This document shows positions 13,661 to 25,600 of a DNA stretch of 64,000 nucleotides, piece by piece; position 1 is the first letter of the stretch; each line of letters opens with the position of its first letter. Below the pieces are notes generated by a model. That model was not told the origin of the DNA. It made no database searches and was given only the letters and a program-made list of their open reading frames with translations. Both the position numbers and the translations under genes were made by a program. This DNA comes from Camelus ferus (Eukaryota): assembly GCF_009834535.1 (NCBI RefSeq), contig NC_045696.1, positions 40,488,001 to 40,552,000 on the forward strand. Direction: 5' to 3'.

Positions 13661-15868
13661 CTTGCTAGCTGGGGAGGTATAATGCTTATTTGGAAGACAC
13701 AGATCACTTATCAAGTTAGTGGTTTAGACCTACATGGTTTTGACTATAGAGCATACACTCTTTCCAGGGCACTTCTCAGTTTTTAGGCAGAGAGTGAGCT
13801 TTGCCACCCAGAGGACTTTTAAGTACGTTTATTATTTGCTTTTTTTTGGTCCTCCCTTTATTGCCTTCCTTCCATTGATACAGTCTGGTTGAACTGTATT
13901 GATTTTCACCTCCCTCCTTTCTCTTTGCCTTCTTACGGCTTATACTTACTAACAAGAACTTTGTACCTTTCAACTTTCTTTTTTTTAATGGGTTTTACAT
14001 CCAAATTAACACCTACAGTGCCAAGGCTTCTTTTGAGGCTTCTGTTCTCATCTCTTCCTACTGTTAATTTAAGGAGAAACCAAAGGCTATAGCCCAAGAA
14101 TGCAGGGGGCCTTGGCTTTGCTCCTAAGTAGCTCTGGGTCTCTGAGGTAAGTCACACTGTGGACATCAGTTTCTTCTGCAAAATGAGGCATTTGGATCAG
14201 ATGCCCTCCAAAGCTTCTTCCAGCTCTATAAAGTTCTGTGCACATTCCCTGCCAGGTGTGTGTGTGTGTGTGTCTGTGTGTGTTTACACTGTCTTGTGCC
14301 TAGTGAGCATCCCACTGTCCATAAAGAACTTATCAAGGCACTTCTCAAACTCCCATCTGTGGAACTGAGTGTTTGCTATTCTGACGTAACATACACTGCC
14401 TTTTACTCATAATAACTCACTGTCCTTTAGGCTAGAATCAGTAGTAATCATAAACAGAAACAAGGTGTTTGCACTCCTACCTGTCCCAATGATAACACTT
14501 ACTTACCTATTCCTCTGCATACCTCCACACCCCTCCCCCAGCACAAACATATAATTTCCCAAGCCAGTCATTAAAAAATAATAATTGTATCTTTAAGAGT
14601 TAATCTTACTTTAAAACTAGTAGGGCATAAGGAATGTGAGGATGGTCAGACTGTAGGAAGAACACTGCTAATGTGTTATTCTCTGTTCTTGGGCTCAGAC
14701 TTAAAACTGCTGCTGTCCTATCTAATCTACTAAATTAGAATCTCATGGAACAAGCATGAAAATGGAATGCTTCTCTTATATCTGAAAAAGAACCAAGGGA
14801 CTTTCCTTGGAGAGCCTTCCCACTTTTGTTTGCCTAGCTTTCCCAGTCAGAGGTAATGGTAGCGCAGAAGGCAGCCAGGAAGAGATAATCTCAACTCTGT
14901 TTTTAAGAAAAAAGGATGTAGGAGGGCTCACAACAGTGTTGGTGACGATCTGCTAGGAATTAGTGCACCTACCACAACGTAGAAACTCACTGGCCAGAGG
15001 AGTTTCTGAAAGTCTTTGCAGCAACACATTAAACATAAGTGATTAGGTTGGTGGCCCTTAAACACTGACTAGTGATGGCAGAGGCAGCCATAGAAATATT
15101 TCTTTGAAAGTTTGTGATGCTGGCTGCATATGCAGTGTCTTTTCATCTTTAAATCCTTATTTAAACATAATTTATAGAAACTAGTCAATCAGCTTATATT
15201 GAAGCTAAATGCATAGTCAAATAAAAATTAAATTAAAAACTCTAAAAATCATTTAAAATTAATGATATGCCCAAGAGGATAAAGTTTGTTAGATTTTTCA
15301 AAAATAATGACTGCCTATGTGGACAACAGATTCCATTCCTAAAGTAGGTTGAGACCAATATTGCTTTACACCCCCTGATTATTACTTCATAACATCCAGT
15401 CTTTTATAAACAGTTCTCTTCCTGCCCCCTCTTCCTTTTTCCCCTTAATAGGGGGTTGTATATTTTCTCCTCTGTTCACCTTGTAAAAGCAGTTGCTTTA
15501 CCCTGAAGCACTAGATATAGACAGAACATGACCTAGGAAGAATTAATGGAATTTTATTCTTCCTCTCCCCCATTTTCACTTTTTTACCTCAAAATCTGTT
15601 TATTACCAAAGGCACTTTTTTGGAGGGGAAAAGGTAGCAGAGAACCCAAAAACAAAATTCACAGCCTTTTGAGAAAAGAAGTTAATGAGAATTACAAGTG
15701 GACTTGAAAATTAAGCAGCTCAAAGCTTGATTTGTATTTTCATCCTGGCTGTTACTATAGACTCCATCATAGCATTAGGAAAATATCACAGAAATACCAG
15801 TGCTTAGCAGTTAAGGTTAATTGCTATAGAAAGATAAATGAATCTATTAAATATAAAACTAATATATA

Positions 15869-15878
15869 CCTTATTTGG
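15869..15878. promoter_or_regulatory. Consensus CArG box CCTTATTTGG
   Basis: Exact CC(A/T)6GG in apparently non-repeat DNA ~2 kb from the CpG island; function untested. Confidence 0.45.
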
Positions 15879-17796
15879 AGCTGGAAAAATTCACATTCAT
15901 TCAATCTAAAACATTTTTTCCATCATATAGATTGTCCCAAAGACTAAGAAATGCTCACTCAGAGAGCCCACTGTGAGATAATGTATCCATGATAAATCTT
16001 TTTTAACTTTCAATTTTAAAAGGAGTCTTAATAGGTGATTGTTCTTTGAACTGTGCTTTAAAGTTAATAAGTGGAAAAAAATGGAATATTGAAGTGTGTC
16101 ATTTAAACTTTTTTAAAAAAATTGATGCTTGTCCTTTTTAAAAAAATAAAACACAGACTCTGGGAAACAGCTGTTAGAGCTTTGATAGAGGTTATGATTT
16201 TCAACAGTTGAGCTATAGTTTATGGTACAGAAGGTACTTTGGGTATAGCTGAAACAATAATTGATGGTTTCTGTTTCCCTCTTCCTCTATTAGATTCAAA
16301 AGAGTGGGATACCTTTTTCCCAAGGCAGGAATTTTTCAGTTTCCAATTACAGCCTCTATCAAATAAACAAGTTTTCTACTGCATACTCCGTACTTCCCCA
16401 CCATAACCTGGGTGTTTCCCCCTGTCTCTCTTCTCATTATGGTAGGCGTCCCTAGATTTGAAATAATTGTTTTGAGGAAATCCTACTTCTCAGTACTAAC
16501 CTGCAGTTTATAAGGCCTGTCTTTAGGCCAAGTAACATCATATTTCTTTTAGAACACTAAAACCAAAGCTTTGCATTGCTCCAAACAAAATTAGCAAACA
16601 AAACAAAATTCCTCTGAAGCAAAAATCGAAGGCACCAATGTTATATACTTTAAAATTAAACTCTACCACAGGAATTACTAGAAATATAGATACGTTCTGA
16701 ATTTTGAGCAGCTAAAAAAGTGTTGTTTTAAATGATAAGCAAAACATAGAGACTATTTAAAAAGGGAAATAATTACTTCACACATTTCTTAAGTTTTGTT
16801 TTATAACATATGTTCAGACCAAATAAAGTTTGAATGATAAATCATTTTTTATCTCCTATTCCAGTGTTTTAAATTTGACATAGCATATTTTATTTTTAAT
16901 TCCTCTGCTGATTTTTATTCTGAAAAATAAAGTAAAATATGTAAATTTTTCGGCGTCTGCCAATAATCTGTTTAGGGTTTAGGTATAACTCATTTTTGGT
17001 TCAAAATGCCACTGATGAACAAAAATCTTCTATAGGATTTACCCTTTTAAGTTAGTACTTCTATGAAATAAACTATTGTTCAACATATTACTTCAGAGAC
17101 ACCAGCTTTATCTTCAATTTTCAGTGCCGTTTGTCATTTATCCATTGACTGGAGTTGAAGTAAAAAGCTAGAACAAAACTGTGATAGTTACTTCCTTATA
17201 CTAATTGACATTTGCTTTTAAGGTAGAATAACATTTGTAGGATTTTTTTTTTGAAGCTTCAGAAGTACTTTACTTTTTCAATTAGATTTATCCTAATTAC
17301 AAGATGTATTCCTAACAGGGGTTTTCTAATCTTTTATGTGAAGATTTATAAAAGGGGGAGGGCATTGGGTGAGAAACAGATCTACTACCATGTGGTAGTG
17401 TTTCACACTCTTCTAAGACTTAAAGGAGTTTGAGTCTCAGGAGAAAGAAGATCAGGAGATAGAGTTGTTGTATTACAATATTTTCCCCCACCCTTTCCCC
17501 AAAGATTTCTCAATACCGGCAGGATACAATGTGTCGCTTACTTGGAAAGCGTGGGTAATATATAGTCATCCTCCACCTCTCTACATTTTAAAACTAAATC
17601 CCAAATCTGTTTTCTCCCTCGGAGAAAACAAGTTTTGTGTGAGTTGGAAAAGATTTTGAACCTAGAGTTCATTGGACGCGCTTTTCGAAACCTGTTTGCA
17701 GTTCGTGATGCTGATAACTTTAAAAGCCACCTACAGACTGCCTGGCTCTCTGACAGCAATCCCCTTGCTGGAGCAGAGCGGCTCTCCCGGGCTTAC

Positions 17797-17920
17797 CTGA
17801 GTCGCCTGCGCCGGGGCCGGGCGGGGGCCGGGCGGGGGCCGCAGTCGCGGCGCTGCGAGCGGGCTGCGCGCGCTCCGGGAGTCGCCCGAACAATGCGAGC
17901 GGGGCGCTGAGCGCGCCCGG
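17797..17920 (-). other. FILIP1L: Non-coding alternative first exon of FILIP1L short (DOC1-type) isoform; 5' end approximate
   Basis: Minus strand reads ...cattgttcgggcgactcccggagcgcgc...ccggccccggcgcaggcgactcag|gtaagc, a strong donor at 17797/17796, with no ATG. Resembles my recollection of the human short-isoform 5' UTR (...gcaggcagttcag|attaaagaag). The human FILIP1L promoter is reported to be a CRE-containing CpG island. Confidence 0.72.
17813..17838 (+). promoter_or_regulatory. GC-box tandem repeat / G-quadruplex motif
   Basis: GGGGccGGGcGGGGGccGGGcGGGGG: five runs of at least 3 G with 1-2 nt loops; unit ccgggcggggg occurs twice. Confidence 0.75.
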
Positions 17921-17930
17921 CCTATGGGCG

Positions 17931-17938
17931 TTACGTCA
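17931..17938 (-). promoter_or_regulatory. CRE/ATF-like site TGACGTAA
   Basis: TTACGTCA on +, a 7/8 match to TGACGTCA, 8 bp from the CArG box. Confidence 0.8.
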
Positions 17939-17946
17939 CTGCGCTG

Positions 17947-17956
17947 CCTTATAAGG
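17947..17956. promoter_or_regulatory. Palindromic CArG box CCTTATAAGG containing TATAA on both strands
   Basis: Exact SRF consensus; the main AT-rich patch at the centre of the island. Confidence 0.8.
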
Positions 17957-17979
17957 CGCTCCGCGTGTGCGGCGCGGGC

Positions 17980-18090
17980 GGCGGGGGCGCGGGTGACAGC
18001 CAGACCCGCAGCGGCGGCGCTGCAGCGCGCCCGGACTCCGCAGACGCTCGGACCGTGTGAACGGGCCGTGGGTCCCGGCTCCCCGCGGAG
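17980..18090 (+). other. Candidate divergent non-coding first exon (possible internal CMSS1 start or lncRNA)
   Basis: Starts ~30 bp downstream of TATAA on +, has no ATG, and ends at a moderate donor GAG|GTGACT (18090/18091). Confidence 0.4.
17981..17989 (+). promoter_or_regulatory. EGR1-type site GCGGGGGCG
   Basis: Exact match to GCG(G/T)GGGCG; such matches are common in CpG islands. Confidence 0.5.
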
Positions 18091-20059
18091 GTGACTGGGC
18101 GGCGGGCCGGGAAAGCCAGCGCCCTCCTGCCCGTCTATCCAAGTCACTGGGGGTCATGGGCGATCTACTTGTAACTTTTCTCCCTCTGGGGCCCTAAAGC
18201 TTCTCTTATTGCTTCGGATTCTTAAATACACATCCTGAAATTCTTATTTTTAAACGTTTGTAAATACATTTTTGTTACATTTGTTTTTTTGGTTCCTGGG
18301 GGTGGAGGGGAGGCAGAGGCAGGAGAGGGAAGCCAGAAATCTTTTTCTTTCTTTTTTTCCCCTTTTTTTGGAGACATCTCTGGGGTGATTTAGACTTCAG
18401 ACCTTCTCTTTCCTCTTTGTAAAGAGTAGGGGTCCTCAGAGGATAGTATTTTATTTCCTGATGATGTAACTACCAAACAATTCTTCAAGTGATGATGGGA
18501 AGGCCAGATGAAATCTTATTTTTTTCAGCTTTTCCTGAAAGAACCTTCTCGTTCCTCATTTCTACATGCCTGTGTTTTAAGGAAAGTAGTTACAACTAAT
18601 CAGTTTATTTGGCAAGGAAGATATTTGTTAAAGAAATTAAATGTTTTGTGTTGTACTTTCAAAACAAAGTATAAATGCAGAACTTTAGAATCAGCTTTTT
18701 TACCCATTTGTTCTCTTCTACCAGCACACAAAATAAAACAAAACAGACATGAGAAGAAAAAAAAAAAACTGACCAAATTATGTCTGAATTAAGCCTGTTA
18801 CCCTTTACTATGGGGCAGATTTACTTGTATAAATCTTTTTTTCTGGTAAGTGAAAATTAGCCTCCTAATTACTTTGCACATCAGTAAGAGAAGTAATCTC
18901 TAAAGTCCTAGCCAACTATGTGTATCTGCTAAGTAAATTAGAGACACGGCTGCCTCATTTGTGAGCTTCAAATGAATTGAGTAGTTTAAATAACTTGAGT
19001 CTATTTAATTTCTTAAATTACATTAAAATAGGGTTGCTTCCTGGTATGATGTACATATGTCTATAGAATTATTGTTTCCATATGTGTTGTCAAGCAGGAA
19101 TAATGCAAATAGTCTGCTTGTTTCTTTTCTCTAGTGTGGAGTGGAGAAAGTCTGGTTGCAGAGAATTTGTAGTTAGTGAAAATGATGTGGAGAAAAGATG
19201 CAGGACACAAAAATAAACATGTATCATCTTTAATAAACTGTGTGCTCACTTTGACACTTCTTCTAGATGACTCTACCTGTCTACTGAGAAGCCTGTTAAA
19301 CTAGCCTCTGCTCTTTATATATACTGTTTTAAGGGAAGTGAATGACTATACCCTTCAGCTGAACTTAAATTTTAATATTTGATTTGTTAATATTTGTATT
19401 AACATTTTAGATGTTGGTTTATTAATTTTAAGGGGAACTCTACCTTATTTTTGTGACGTATATTTGAAACTTTTCTAGTCTCCTATGTTTGTCTTGTACT
19501 TTTAAATATCCTTTGAGATTTTTATGCTAGATTTGATTTATTACAAATGAGATAAGATGGCTGATAGGAAAGCTGCATGAAGCATAAACACCTGAATCTC
19601 AGCTCCAAACTGGTAACTTAAAGCACCTTTACCCAAAGCTAGCATTTTTGTAATTTGTTCTACCTCCTTTTCCGTCTAATGGATACAGAGGCTTCCTAAC
19701 ATTTGGCACTGCTTTTTATGTCTTTCTTCCATTTTTTGTACTCATGAATGCTTTACATTTATTTTCATGCTTTTGACTTCCCAGTTTCCCTGTAAAATAG
19801 ATCAGTATTATTTCCTCCTTTTCTTTAGTTGAAGTAACTGAAGACTAGAGAAGTTGAGTGGATATAAGACTTGTCTAGGATTTTTGATGCAAAAATAAAA
19901 AAGATTAGGACTCCTGCTCTTGTGTTCTTTGCCTATGCTGTGTTACTCCCCAAAGCACTGGTCTGTGACTCAGCTATGACTCAGCGCTCCAAGGTCATGG
20001 TATGTAACCAGTCTCTTTAGGAACCAATGATAAATCTCATTTGTTGAGGTTCTAGTTCA

Positions 20060-20235
20060 TAGCCGTCACTGTGCCTAGTGCTGTACATGCTTCCATCGTT
20101 TAATCTGCGCAACACATTTTGAGGTGGTATTACCCATACTTTTCAGATGACAAAACACATTTGGAAGGGTAAAATTGCTTGACCAAGGTCATACTGCTAG
20201 TGAGGTAATGAAAGCAGGGATTTGAACTGGTGTTT
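20060..20235 (-). mobile_element. MIR SINE
   Basis: tattacccatactttcagatga...ttgaccaaggtcatactgctagt...gggatttgaact. Confidence 0.75.
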
Positions 20236-20390
20236 ATATATACAGCCGTAGTCATCTTCTCGTAATGTTTTGCTCAGAATCTCTCAGAGGAGTTGTTAGT
20301 AAAAAAAAAGTTTTCTGATTTAATTGAGAAGTTTGTATCTTTGTTTTCCAGATTGAATATTGAACTAGGAAAACCAAGACTTACCCTCTT

Positions 20391-20640
20391 CATAGGCTGC
20401 ACGTCAGAGCTACCCCGATTGTGCACTGAATAACTCTAGGGAGTGTCATTTACATTGAAGACATTGTGGATTTGTATATTTACTAAGACAGTTTTCTTGA
20501 GGATGTTGGCAACATGTCTTATTCTAACAAAGTTAGAATATTTTAACAGTTTTCTGACAGATGAAAGTCAAGGGTCTTGAAGAAGGGGACTCTTTATTAA
20601 GAAGGGAAATCTTTTTCTCAGTGACACAAGGGTACCCTGG
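20391..20640. mobile_element. hAT-Tip100-like DNA transposon remnant (MER91/Zaphod-like)
   Basis: ttgtgcactgaataactctagggagtgtcatttacat...ttttctgacagatgaaagtcaagggtcttgaagaagggg resembles recalled consensus; family uncertain. Confidence 0.5.
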
Positions 20641-23067
20641 GTCTTGTATCGCAAACTCAGCCAGCCATTGGCATTGTGCTCCATTGGCCACGTGAATTAA
20701 TGAGTAGACTTTTTTTTTCCTTCCCTCTTCCTACCAATATTCTCTTTGCTTTGTAATTTTTGTTCCCTTAGCTTCTGGCATATACTTATTATAAAAAGAA
20801 CAGAATTATGACCATTGTGCCTCAATCTTGATGAGAAAATTTGATTTCCTCTTTTACTGAAAATTTTACTGTTCAATTGCTATATGATTTTTCTAATTTT
20901 ATAATCAGGAATTTCTTACAAATAAGGATACCTACAAGTTAGAGTCCTTTCTACAGCTAGTAATCTGAATTTATGATCTAATTCAGCAGTAGCTTTGTCA
21001 TTTAGAAATGATCTACCAAGCTAATTGCTTTCTAATGTGGAAGAAGCGTTTGTAAGCAACAAGGCTGGAAAGTAGGATGTATTGATTTGATTGAACTGTA
21101 TAAAGTCACTTTTGTTAAATGGTCAAAAACAGTTGAATATTAGCAGTTTCCCATGGTTCAGACTAATGCCAGAAGGTTATTACAATGGCCCAAGCAACCG
21201 GTGTTACTAGTAATGTCCACAGTGTCATCATTATTTAACTGTTTTAAAATGTTATTAACATGTTACTAAAAATGTCAGAGCCAGTTTCTCTTTATGAAGT
21301 GACTGCTCTTGTTTTCTTTCTTGTCCTATCTCCCTGCTTATGTTTCTTCTTGTGACTGGTGGAGTCTTTTAGCCATCTAAATTTAAGTGCCAGAGAAGCA
21401 GTATTCATAATGAACTGAACCTTTCCTGCAGCTGCCCACAGTTTTCACTGTTGGTTCTTTCATTAGGTAAGGGGTGATGTGCACTGCTCTCTACTACAGG
21501 CTGTCATCTGAAAAGTATGGGTAATACCACCTGTGGGATGGTAACAACACTCTTTGAATGTGGTAGGTTTGCCTCTGTAAAAGAAAATATGTGGAAACAC
21601 TATAACATGCAAAGAAAAGCAATAATTCTTATTGTAGGCATGGTCCTGTATGAGAAGCTGAACAGAGTGGGTACAGATTCCGGGTGGCAGGGGAAGAGGC
21701 AGAATGCTGTGGTTTTGCATTGCATCAGGCTGCAGTTGGATTGGCCAGAGAGTGAGCCTTTGGTGCTAAGGCATTCTGCCTCAGACATTCTAACACCTCA
21801 TCGGCAGCATTCTGGAAAAATGACTGCCTCTGAGCATTGGGCAAGCCTGCCATGAATGTGATGCTGATCTCTTTGCTGCCACACAGTTTGGGAGGAAGAC
21901 TGAAGGGACTGAGCACCACAGGTGGGCAACTGTGGGATGTGGAGCAAAAAGGAAAGTCTGAGGGTAAAAGCATCTCCTCTCCATGCCAAGGACAGTCAGT
22001 TTTCCAACCAACCTCTTCCTTTTACTCTTCTTTTTATTTCCCAAGTGGTATCTGCCTAGCTCTGTACACATAAATGCCTGTGCACTGAGATATGCACTGA
22101 GAACTTCACACCAGCAGTTAATGGGCTGCAGTGAACTTGAATTTACATATGGATCCTTATCTACAGCCCAAATCTTCTGTCCCAGGCCTCCATAGTCCTT
22201 GAAGTTTCCAAAGGCTCTTCAGTTATTCCTATTCATACTTCCTCTGACTTTGATTTTAGAAAGGGACCAATACCCTTGAGAGTTATCTTGGGCTGATTAC
22301 AGCAACAGTATTAGTGGTGATATTAGGGAATGGAAACCCCTTTATTAACATTAAAACGAATGATATTTTGTGGCTTTAAAGTTAATTTAAAAATAGTTCA
22401 GTGCCCATATCATAATTTGGAAAACGCAGGAAAGTCAAAAAGACATTTTACAACTAGTCCTACCACATAAATACTGACAACTATTAACAATTCCATGTAC
22501 TGTATTTCCTTTTAGTCTTTTCTAAGCATTTGTAAAGCACGATTGCATTCATACTGTGGTTCATATGTGTATATTGTGTTTTTACCTTTATTATATATAT
22601 TTTATGTTCTTGGCTTTTCTGTAGATGTTGGGTCATTTAAGAGCATATGTTTGCATATTTTCTCTAGAAATAGTGATCACAAAGCTAACCACTACCTGCT
22701 ATCCCATTGACATTGTCATGGTTTTTGTTCTTCAATAAGTGAAACAAGGAGGTCTATTCAATGAAGACTCTTCTGTTGATCAGAGACCTTCTGTTCTTGG
22801 TTTACATGGGATGCTGTGAGTTGGCTATGGGACTCTAGTGAGCATCCCAGTAGGTGAGCAGAATGACTTGGAGAGAATGAAGGATTGATTATATTACACC
22901 ACCATAAGATTATTAAATGGGAAGCAGGAAAACCCTGCTATTTAGGTCCAGTCCATTTGCTTATTTATTCCTGCAAACATTTGTGTTTCCTTGGTAACTA
23001 ATAATAGTTTTGAAAAGTTGTTGAACTCAAAAGTATTGCTGCAGGAGTAAAAAAAAGAAAAAAACCC

Positions 23068-23260
23068 TCAAATCACAGAAATTAGACGGAAAAGACCTAT
23101 TAGGTCATCTTCTTTGTCACTTGCCAGAACAGATTGTTCTTGATACTTTGTTCAGTCCATTTTTTAAAGGGACTTTGTCAACGAGTTTGTACTCCATGTC
23201 TTTTTTAAGAATGCATCTTTAAAGAAACCACTGACAGGTTTTTCTGTATAGTCATAGAGC
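23068..23260 (-). mobile_element. CR1/L3-type 3' end fragment
   Basis: atcacagaaattagacggaaaagacctattaggtcatct. Confidence 0.45.
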
Positions 23261-24479
23261 TTGATTTCAAGCTAACTCTTTATAGAGGGAGACCTGTGGG
23301 TTCAAAGTACAATTGAACAGATTTTTTAGTTGGAAATCATTGAAACAGTTTAGAATGTCATTGGAATAATTGGCCAACTAAGGGTAAAACAGAGGAGTGA
23401 GTTGAATTTTTATGTTTTCTTTTATCATTGGAAACTCAAATATAACAATACATGAGGATAAACTTTTAATCACATAGCTCATTGTAATGGATGTAGAAGG
23501 CCTAAGGAAATAAAGCATTTAGGAAGTTAAAGTAAGAGTAAAATGGTTCATTCTAAGATTGTTTTTATGAAAGAGGCATTTTATAATCTTCCCTCCTATC
23601 CCCGATTCTGCTTTGTCTATTATATTTATGATCGATTATTGCTTCATGTGAAGGTGGCTTCTAGTTGTAATATCCTTTCCCTCAGTCACACAACTTACTC
23701 CAAACCTCAGAATGACAGAATAAAACTATCTCACTAGAGTAGTCAATGGTGGTGTTAGACTATATGCTTCACTTGCCTGCATTATCGCTAATGATGTCTT
23801 CACTGGAAAAAATGATGAATAAATTAAGAAATAAGAAATGCACTTTGAGTTTTATTAGGAAGGGTGATCATTTCATAAAATCACATTTTCAAGTATAAAA
23901 GACCTTAGAAGACATCTACTGTACTTATTGCCACTCTTTGTTCTCCCTTTTTAAATAGATGAGATAATTGGAGCTCAGGTTAAAGGACTTGCCCCAAGGT
24001 CAGACTTTGGTGATCTAGCTACTATGTTTTATGAGTCTGCATGTCTCTGTTGGGAAACATGAAAAATAAAAAAATGACTTAAAGAATGTGACTATAACTG
24101 TCAAAAAGAATGTGTCTGAAATTCTAATTAATGTTAGTGTAATGTGTCTAGGTTTATACTAACCACAGAACTAATTTGGAACATTAATGAGCTAGTTATC
24201 CACTTTTATATATTAAAAATGCAGTATTTTTCTTGCATTTGTTTATTGCTGGTAGTCAACTCAGGTCATCAAGATTGGTCATGGGTTGGCAACTCTGGTC
24301 AAAAATTTAATGGAGAGATCTGAATGTTTAATATTAATTCTGTGTTATCATTTAACACCATTGTCTTCTGTGCTTGCCAACTGGTTATTCTGTACAGGAG
24401 AAATCCTATTATAATTTGTTACTAAGCAAAGCATCCAATCTACATCATAAAATACAGGTTTGGAAGGGAGGTCAAAAGT

Positions 24480-24950
24480 CTTGTGTTCACCCTTCGATTG
24501 AAATCTCTCCCACGTGAGAATTTCAGCTTCTTTCCCAGGAGTTGGTGCATGCACAGTCCAGTTGTCATTAGTAAGAGCTGAACAGTTTCAGGGATTTGTT
24601 GCTTCCACTGACTGTTCCTGGTCTTTCCATGGCACCATATTGAACAAATGCATTGCTTTGACATGACAGCTTTTTAAATATTTGAAGACAGTTTGTCCTG
24701 AATCTTCAGTTGTTCCTATCTGATATAATCTGAATCCTTTCACACCATGTGTCTTAAAGTTTGGTGAACAAATTACTTCCACACATCAGGATTGTCTTCC
24801 TCTTTATAGACTTACAGACTCTGTGTGTGCCTGTAAATGTAAGTTTTCTTGGCATTTTAGGCAACCACATCAGACTGCTGTGCCATCGAGCTTACTGATC
24901 ACCAGCTTCCTAATGAACAACCACACACCTAAGTATTTTCATCATGCACT
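24480..24950 (-). mobile_element. L3/CR1 LINE ORF2 C-terminal remnant
   Basis: ORF 24588-24782 contains VFKYLKSCHVK...LF, typical of the CR1/L3 ORF2 C-terminus. Confidence 0.7.
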
Positions 24951-25009
24951 GTTCCTGTGATAATCTCGGTTAATCACTTCTGTCTTATGCTGATTTTGTT
25001 TATATCTTT

Positions 25010-25215
25010 GTTATAATAACGACAATAATGTGTAACACATTTACTGCATAATAGGTACCAAGAACTGTATACTTCACATACAGTATCAACTTTGAGACAC
25101 ATAATGACCCTGTGGGAGAGATAGCTGAGGAACAGAGAGGTGAATTATCTATACAGGATCACAGAGCAAGTAAAGAGTGGCACCAGGGTTTGAACTGCAG
25201 ACTGACTTCAGCAAC
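25010..25215 (-). mobile_element. MIR SINE
   Basis: ctgaggaacagagaggtgaattat...ggatcacagagcaagtaa...cagggtttgaac. Confidence 0.65.
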
Positions 25216-25529
25216 CTCTGGTAGAAATCACACTAAAAGTCTTGTAGTAGGATTTGGTCTTACGGGACAAACAGTACTAACATGAAGTCATAGAACTTTG
25301 TATCTTTCTTATCTGCCGCCTATAGGTCATTAGGCTTGCACTATGGGATGGTAGAGTGAGAATGGATCTTGGAGATCATCTGGTCAGTTTCCCTCATCTT
25401 ATTGTTTATATAACTGAAACTCAGGCTGTGCAGTAGTCTGTTCAGGGATATGCTGTTGGGGCAGAGCTCAGGCCAGTATGTGGTGCCTTTTCTACCGCAA
25501 AACTCTTAAAGTGTTTGTACCTTGTACCA

Positions 25530-25600
25530 TTTCTTCTCTCTCTCTTTTCTCTTCTCTTCCCTCCCTTCTTCTCTTTCTTCCTTCCTGTCTTCTCTCTCTC
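25530..25600 (+). repeat. CT-rich polypyrimidine tract
   Basis: About 70 nt almost entirely C/T. Confidence 0.85.

Larger units (their letters stand above)
17770..18135. promoter_or_regulatory. CpG island / internal promoter
   Basis: Abrupt, very GC- and CpG-rich ~370-bp block in an otherwise CpG-depleted window, with GC boxes, CRE-like, CArG/TATA and EGR motifs. Confidence 0.95.

Noticed and set aside
17635..18157. ORFs of 91, 138 and 73 aa across the CpG island
   Set aside because: Ala/Arg/Gly/Pro-rich products expected from stop-poor GC-rich DNA; they overlap in several frames and resemble no protein I know.
21463..22195. Cluster of overlapping 60-112 aa ORFs on both strands
   Set aside because: No recognisable domain or convincing splice structure; consistent with slightly higher local GC.
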